The notes below the pieces were generated by a model, which searched no databases, was not told where the DNA came from, and saw only the letters and a program-made list of their open reading frames with translations. The position numbers and the translations under genes are program-made. Below are positions 60,617-64,000 of a stretch of DNA of 64,000 nt, piece after piece (position 1 is the stretch's first letter; every line of letters begins with the position of its first letter). This DNA comes from Ylistrum balloti (taxonomy: Eukaryota). The stretch is from positions 1 through 64,000 of the forward strand of contig NW_026782880.1 in the NCBI RefSeq assembly GCF_031769215.1, read 5' to 3'.

Positions 60617-62409
60617 CGCCGAGGACACCTAACGGCGCGTTAGCCTGTCTGTGTGGAAAACAAGTAATTTGTGTTTCCTTGGTGTGAATAAACGTTGTTT
60701 ATAGCTCTAAATTATTGGAGAAAATTAGTGATATATACACCTATTTGCTAACGGATAGATAGGCAAACGAATGGTGTTTTCAAAATTTAAATCGGTTTCG
60801 TAATGAGTGAGCTACATGACATTTTCCTATAATTTTGTCAGTGCGGTTTCACTATTAGTTGAATAGAATTGTTCTAAATTCGTAATATATGCGTTATTTT
60901 CATAAACACACTATTTACTTAGTTTCTTAATATATACATGTTCATTGTATATATGGTAATAAATGGTATTTGTGAATAATTTAGATTTAGAATGGGTAAA
61001 TATCATAGACATGGAAGCACATTTATCGAATTCCTGCTATACTTAATCTCAATCCATAGTCTCCACCATTTTCGATTCGATTATCGCATTTAATTGCTAA
61101 CAAATATCACATTCTAAGTATGGAATATGTTTTTTGGGGGTTTTTTTCCCTCCCAATTCATACGTCATCGTATCCACATGTGTGTTGTGCTGTATTGTAT
61201 GTGTGATCATATATATACGTGTACACATGTGTACTTGACTCGACTCTACGCAAACATGTATTAATTCTGTGTTGTCTAGATATCGAACTCGAAAATAAAG
61301 AAATGGTGTGTATGTATGGGGGTGTGTTTGTGGGTGTGGGTGTGCGCGCGCTAGTAACAGTCACAGGTGAGAGGGGAAAAAAGGAAAAAAAAAACACATG
61401 CACACACTCACACACAAAACAAAACAAAACCACACAAATAGGAGAATCGGATTTCATATTTTTAAAAAATAAAACTGCCGTGGTTGGAGCCCCCGGACTC
61501 AGCCTTTCGCAATAAATGTGTTTGGCTCACACATCCATTTTATACATTCTGGGTTAAATTTATACTTTAGAAATTTGAGTCAGAACAACTTTATATTCAG
61601 GATAATTCTCTATCGTATAGACGACGACGATACTTACCTTTGATCGTGCACTATACACATACGTACACAGGTATACACGACAACGTACCCACGTGCACGG
61701 ACAGTGAAAACGACTCCTGCAACTGGGTAAACTGAAATATGTGGAAATTGGAATAATACCACCTGTTTCAACTATTTTGAAAAAAAAATGTATAGCGGAA
61801 ATTGTCTCGATTTCAGAGTATGATTTTGAAGTGTTTTCACTAGTTTCCACATAAACATTACTATTATTTCATATATGAAATGATTGTTGGTTGAAAGTGG
61901 CAATTTTTAGCGTTAGTCGGTACACTACATTTGTGTATTTGAATTCAGATTGTACATGCGTAGTATTAAGAAATAAACCGATACCGTGTCAGCTTATAGG
62001 TGTATTAACTGTTGGTTTAACGTGTATATTATTGAAATTCATTCACCTAATCATAAATGGGCGGGGCCGGGCGTGAGTGTGTACTTGTCGGGTGGGAGAC
62101 GGGGGACGGGGCGGCGACTTAGAAGTTGTAGCAGGTATCAATTGTTTATAACAAAAAAGTGTGTGATGTGAAGTAGTCCTGTGGGGTTGGGTGGGAAGGT
62201 GGATTTTCCTTTACTTTCGGGTAGGTGGGTGTATTTGGAGGGTGGGGGTGGGGAAGGGTGTTGTTGGTTTGTTCGTTGGTCAATTATAAGAAGTTAGGAT
62301 TAGTGCGTTTTGCGTATTTTTCGAGGCGTAATTGGATGATTTTCGTGACATGTGGGTAGTCCTAAAAAGGACTGTTTACGTGTCGTTCGGACGGTGTAAG
62401 ATATACATC

Positions 62410-62967
62410 TTATTTTTTTGCAGCCTTGGCTTTCTTAGGCTTGTCTGTCTTAGCTTTCTTCGGAGACTTGATAGCCTTTTTCTTAGGGGTCTTGGGCTTG
62501 GTAGTTTTCTTGGATGGTTTCTTCTCCGTGGTTTTCTTGGTAGCTGCTTTCTTGGGTGTCTTTGCCTTTGGTTTCTTAGCCGTCGCCGACGTAGTCGCTT
62601 TCTTCGCCGCCGGTTTCTTAGGTTTTGCTGCTTTCGGCTTAACCACTTTCTTAGCGGCTGGTTTTTTGGCGGGTTTAGGTTTCTCTCCGAGCTTGAATGA
62701 TCCAGCAGCTCCGGTTCCTTTCGACTGTTTCAGGGCTCCTTTCTTCACGCCGTTCCGGAGGGCGATCTTCAGGTGTGCGTTGATAGCCTTAGCGTCGGAT
62801 CCCACTTTGAAGTTAGCCATGATGTATTTCAGTATTGCCTGACGGGACGAGCCTCCACGTTCCTTCAGACTTCCCACTGCAGTGGCCACCATGTCGCTGT
62901 ACTTTGGATGAGCTGCCGGGGTCTTTGGCTTCTTCACTGCTTTCTTCACTGGAGTCTTCTCTGCCAT
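62410..62967 (-). CDS. H1: Linker histone H1 (promoter interrupted by LINE copy 2)
   Basis: Identical protein; the LINE poly(A) begins 68 bp upstream of the ATG. Confidence 0.97.
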   Translation of the reverse strand: MAEKTPVKKAVKKPKTPAAHPKYSDMVATAVGSLKERGGSSRQAILKYIMANFKVGSDAKAINAHLKIALRNGVKKGALKQSKGTGAAGSFKLGEKPKPAKKPAAKKVVKPKAAKPKKPAAKKATTSATAKKPKAKTPKKAATKKTTEKKPSKKTTKPKTPKKKAIKSPKKAKTDKPKKAKAAKK

Positions 62968-63032
62968 CTTCGGATTCGTCTGGATGTGATTGTTCGAGAA
63001 CTGCGCTAGTCAGTGCTAGGTAAGCTGTATGC

Positions 63033-63035
<3 letters not shown>

Positions 63036-63087
<52 letters not shown>

Positions 63088-64000
63088 CTTAACGTCCTTG
63101 TTCCGGTTATAACCGAGCCTAGGACACTAAGGGGGAGGGGGCTGGTAGGGCCGAGGCTTTAGGGTGTGCAATTTCGCTTTTTAGTAATCACCAAACAGGT
63201 CTAATATGGGGAGGACAGATCTGACTATATCTATACCCTAACGTCTAAAGAAAAAAAAAAAAAAAAAAAAAAAAAAAACAAAAAAACTGGGGAAATTTTG
63301 GACTGTCACAGAAACGCCTAGTCCTACTCTAGTCTCACTTTATATTTCCCTAATATAAACCTATGCTCTGTGGCGGCTAGCAGTTAGCCTTCTCTTTTTC
63401 GAAAACCAGCAGAGGTTCTTTAACGTGCACGGCGTGACTCACTGTACACCGGACCCCCGTTTAACGTCCCTTCCGAAGGACAAGAAGTTTTAGAAGATAG
63501 CGGGAGAGAGTGTATGGGAAAGTCGGAAATTGGAAAATAGGTTTAGCTTGTTAGCTGGTGTAGGTTTGTTATTTGTAGATGGGATTACTAGCCACCATTT
63601 GACAAGGTTAGTCATGCTGGTCTAGAGTGGATTTTAAAAGTGGGGAACTGTGTTATTAAGTTCAGTTATGAGAGTGGATGTGATGGGGTGATGTAAAGAA
63701 TGTGCTGGAATTGGGTTAGCGTAGATTTTTGGGATTAGTGAGAATAAATGTGAATTATTATACAATCGATGTCGTTCGGGAGACTGTAGATTACTGTGTA
63801 TAATCGTCTACATGTCTACCCTACTAGAGCAGGGATTTGTATATTAGAAGGTGGAAGGTAGGGTGGAAGAGATTTTGTAATGGTTGTTTTGGGTTTCGGC
63901 CCAGTGTATGTTGTATTTATGTAGGAGATGTTTTTGTGTGTGTATGTGGTGTTGTGGGTATGGTTTAAAAAAAAAAAAAAATGGGGGGGGGGGGGGGGGG
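63036..64000 (-). mobile_element. Second LINE copy, 3' UTR and poly(A); continues past the window end
   Basis: T50 at 63036-63085, then near identity to 38211 onward. Junction ctgtatgcccc|T50. Confidence 0.95.

Larger units (their letters stand above)
45611..63035 (-). repeat. Tandem array of ~2461-bp H1-only histone gene units (7 copies)
   Basis: Periods 2461, 2461, 2461, 2459, 2460 and 2673. Units are nearly identical. No core histone ORF is seen in the unit. Confidence 0.95.

Noticed and set aside
45611-63035. H1 units as LINE-mediated retrocopies or 3' transductions
   Set aside because: The units keep the upstream promoter and a long spacer and have no poly(A) or TSD; tandem DNA-level amplification fits better.

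Overview
AT-rich eukaryotic (animal) genomic DNA, most likely a bivalve mollusc; this is inferred from the H1 sequence, the H1-only repeat and the transposon types. There is no prokaryotic content and no CRISPR. The window has four blocks. (1) 1-19.5 kb: a near-intact Tc1 DD34E transposon, a Kolobok-like non-autonomous element, a 79-bp minisatellite, and a decayed spliced DDD transposase gene (Sola2-like) fused to a vertnin/OTU-like domain. (2) 19.5-38.2 kb: a head-to-tail array of six internally deleted KolobokP-type composite transposons. Each has a His-Me finger nuclease facing a truncated transposase. Four junctions carry a 455-bp LTDR (one damaged) and two junctions lack it. (3) 38.2-45.6 kb: a full-length I-group LINE (ORF1; APE-RT-RNase H-CCHC ORF2) on the minus strand. 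(4) 45.6-63.0 kb: seven ~2461-bp repeats containing only a histone H1 gene (six intact, one pseudogene), followed by the 3' end of a second LINE copy. Main result: this LINE family is joined three times to the same ~13-bp site in the H1 promoter GC box, 68 bp upstream of the ATG, and its 3' end resembles the promoter. It is a candidate histone-H1-promoter-targeting retrotransposon. All coordinates were read by eye, and copy counts in near-identical arrays depend on assembly quality.
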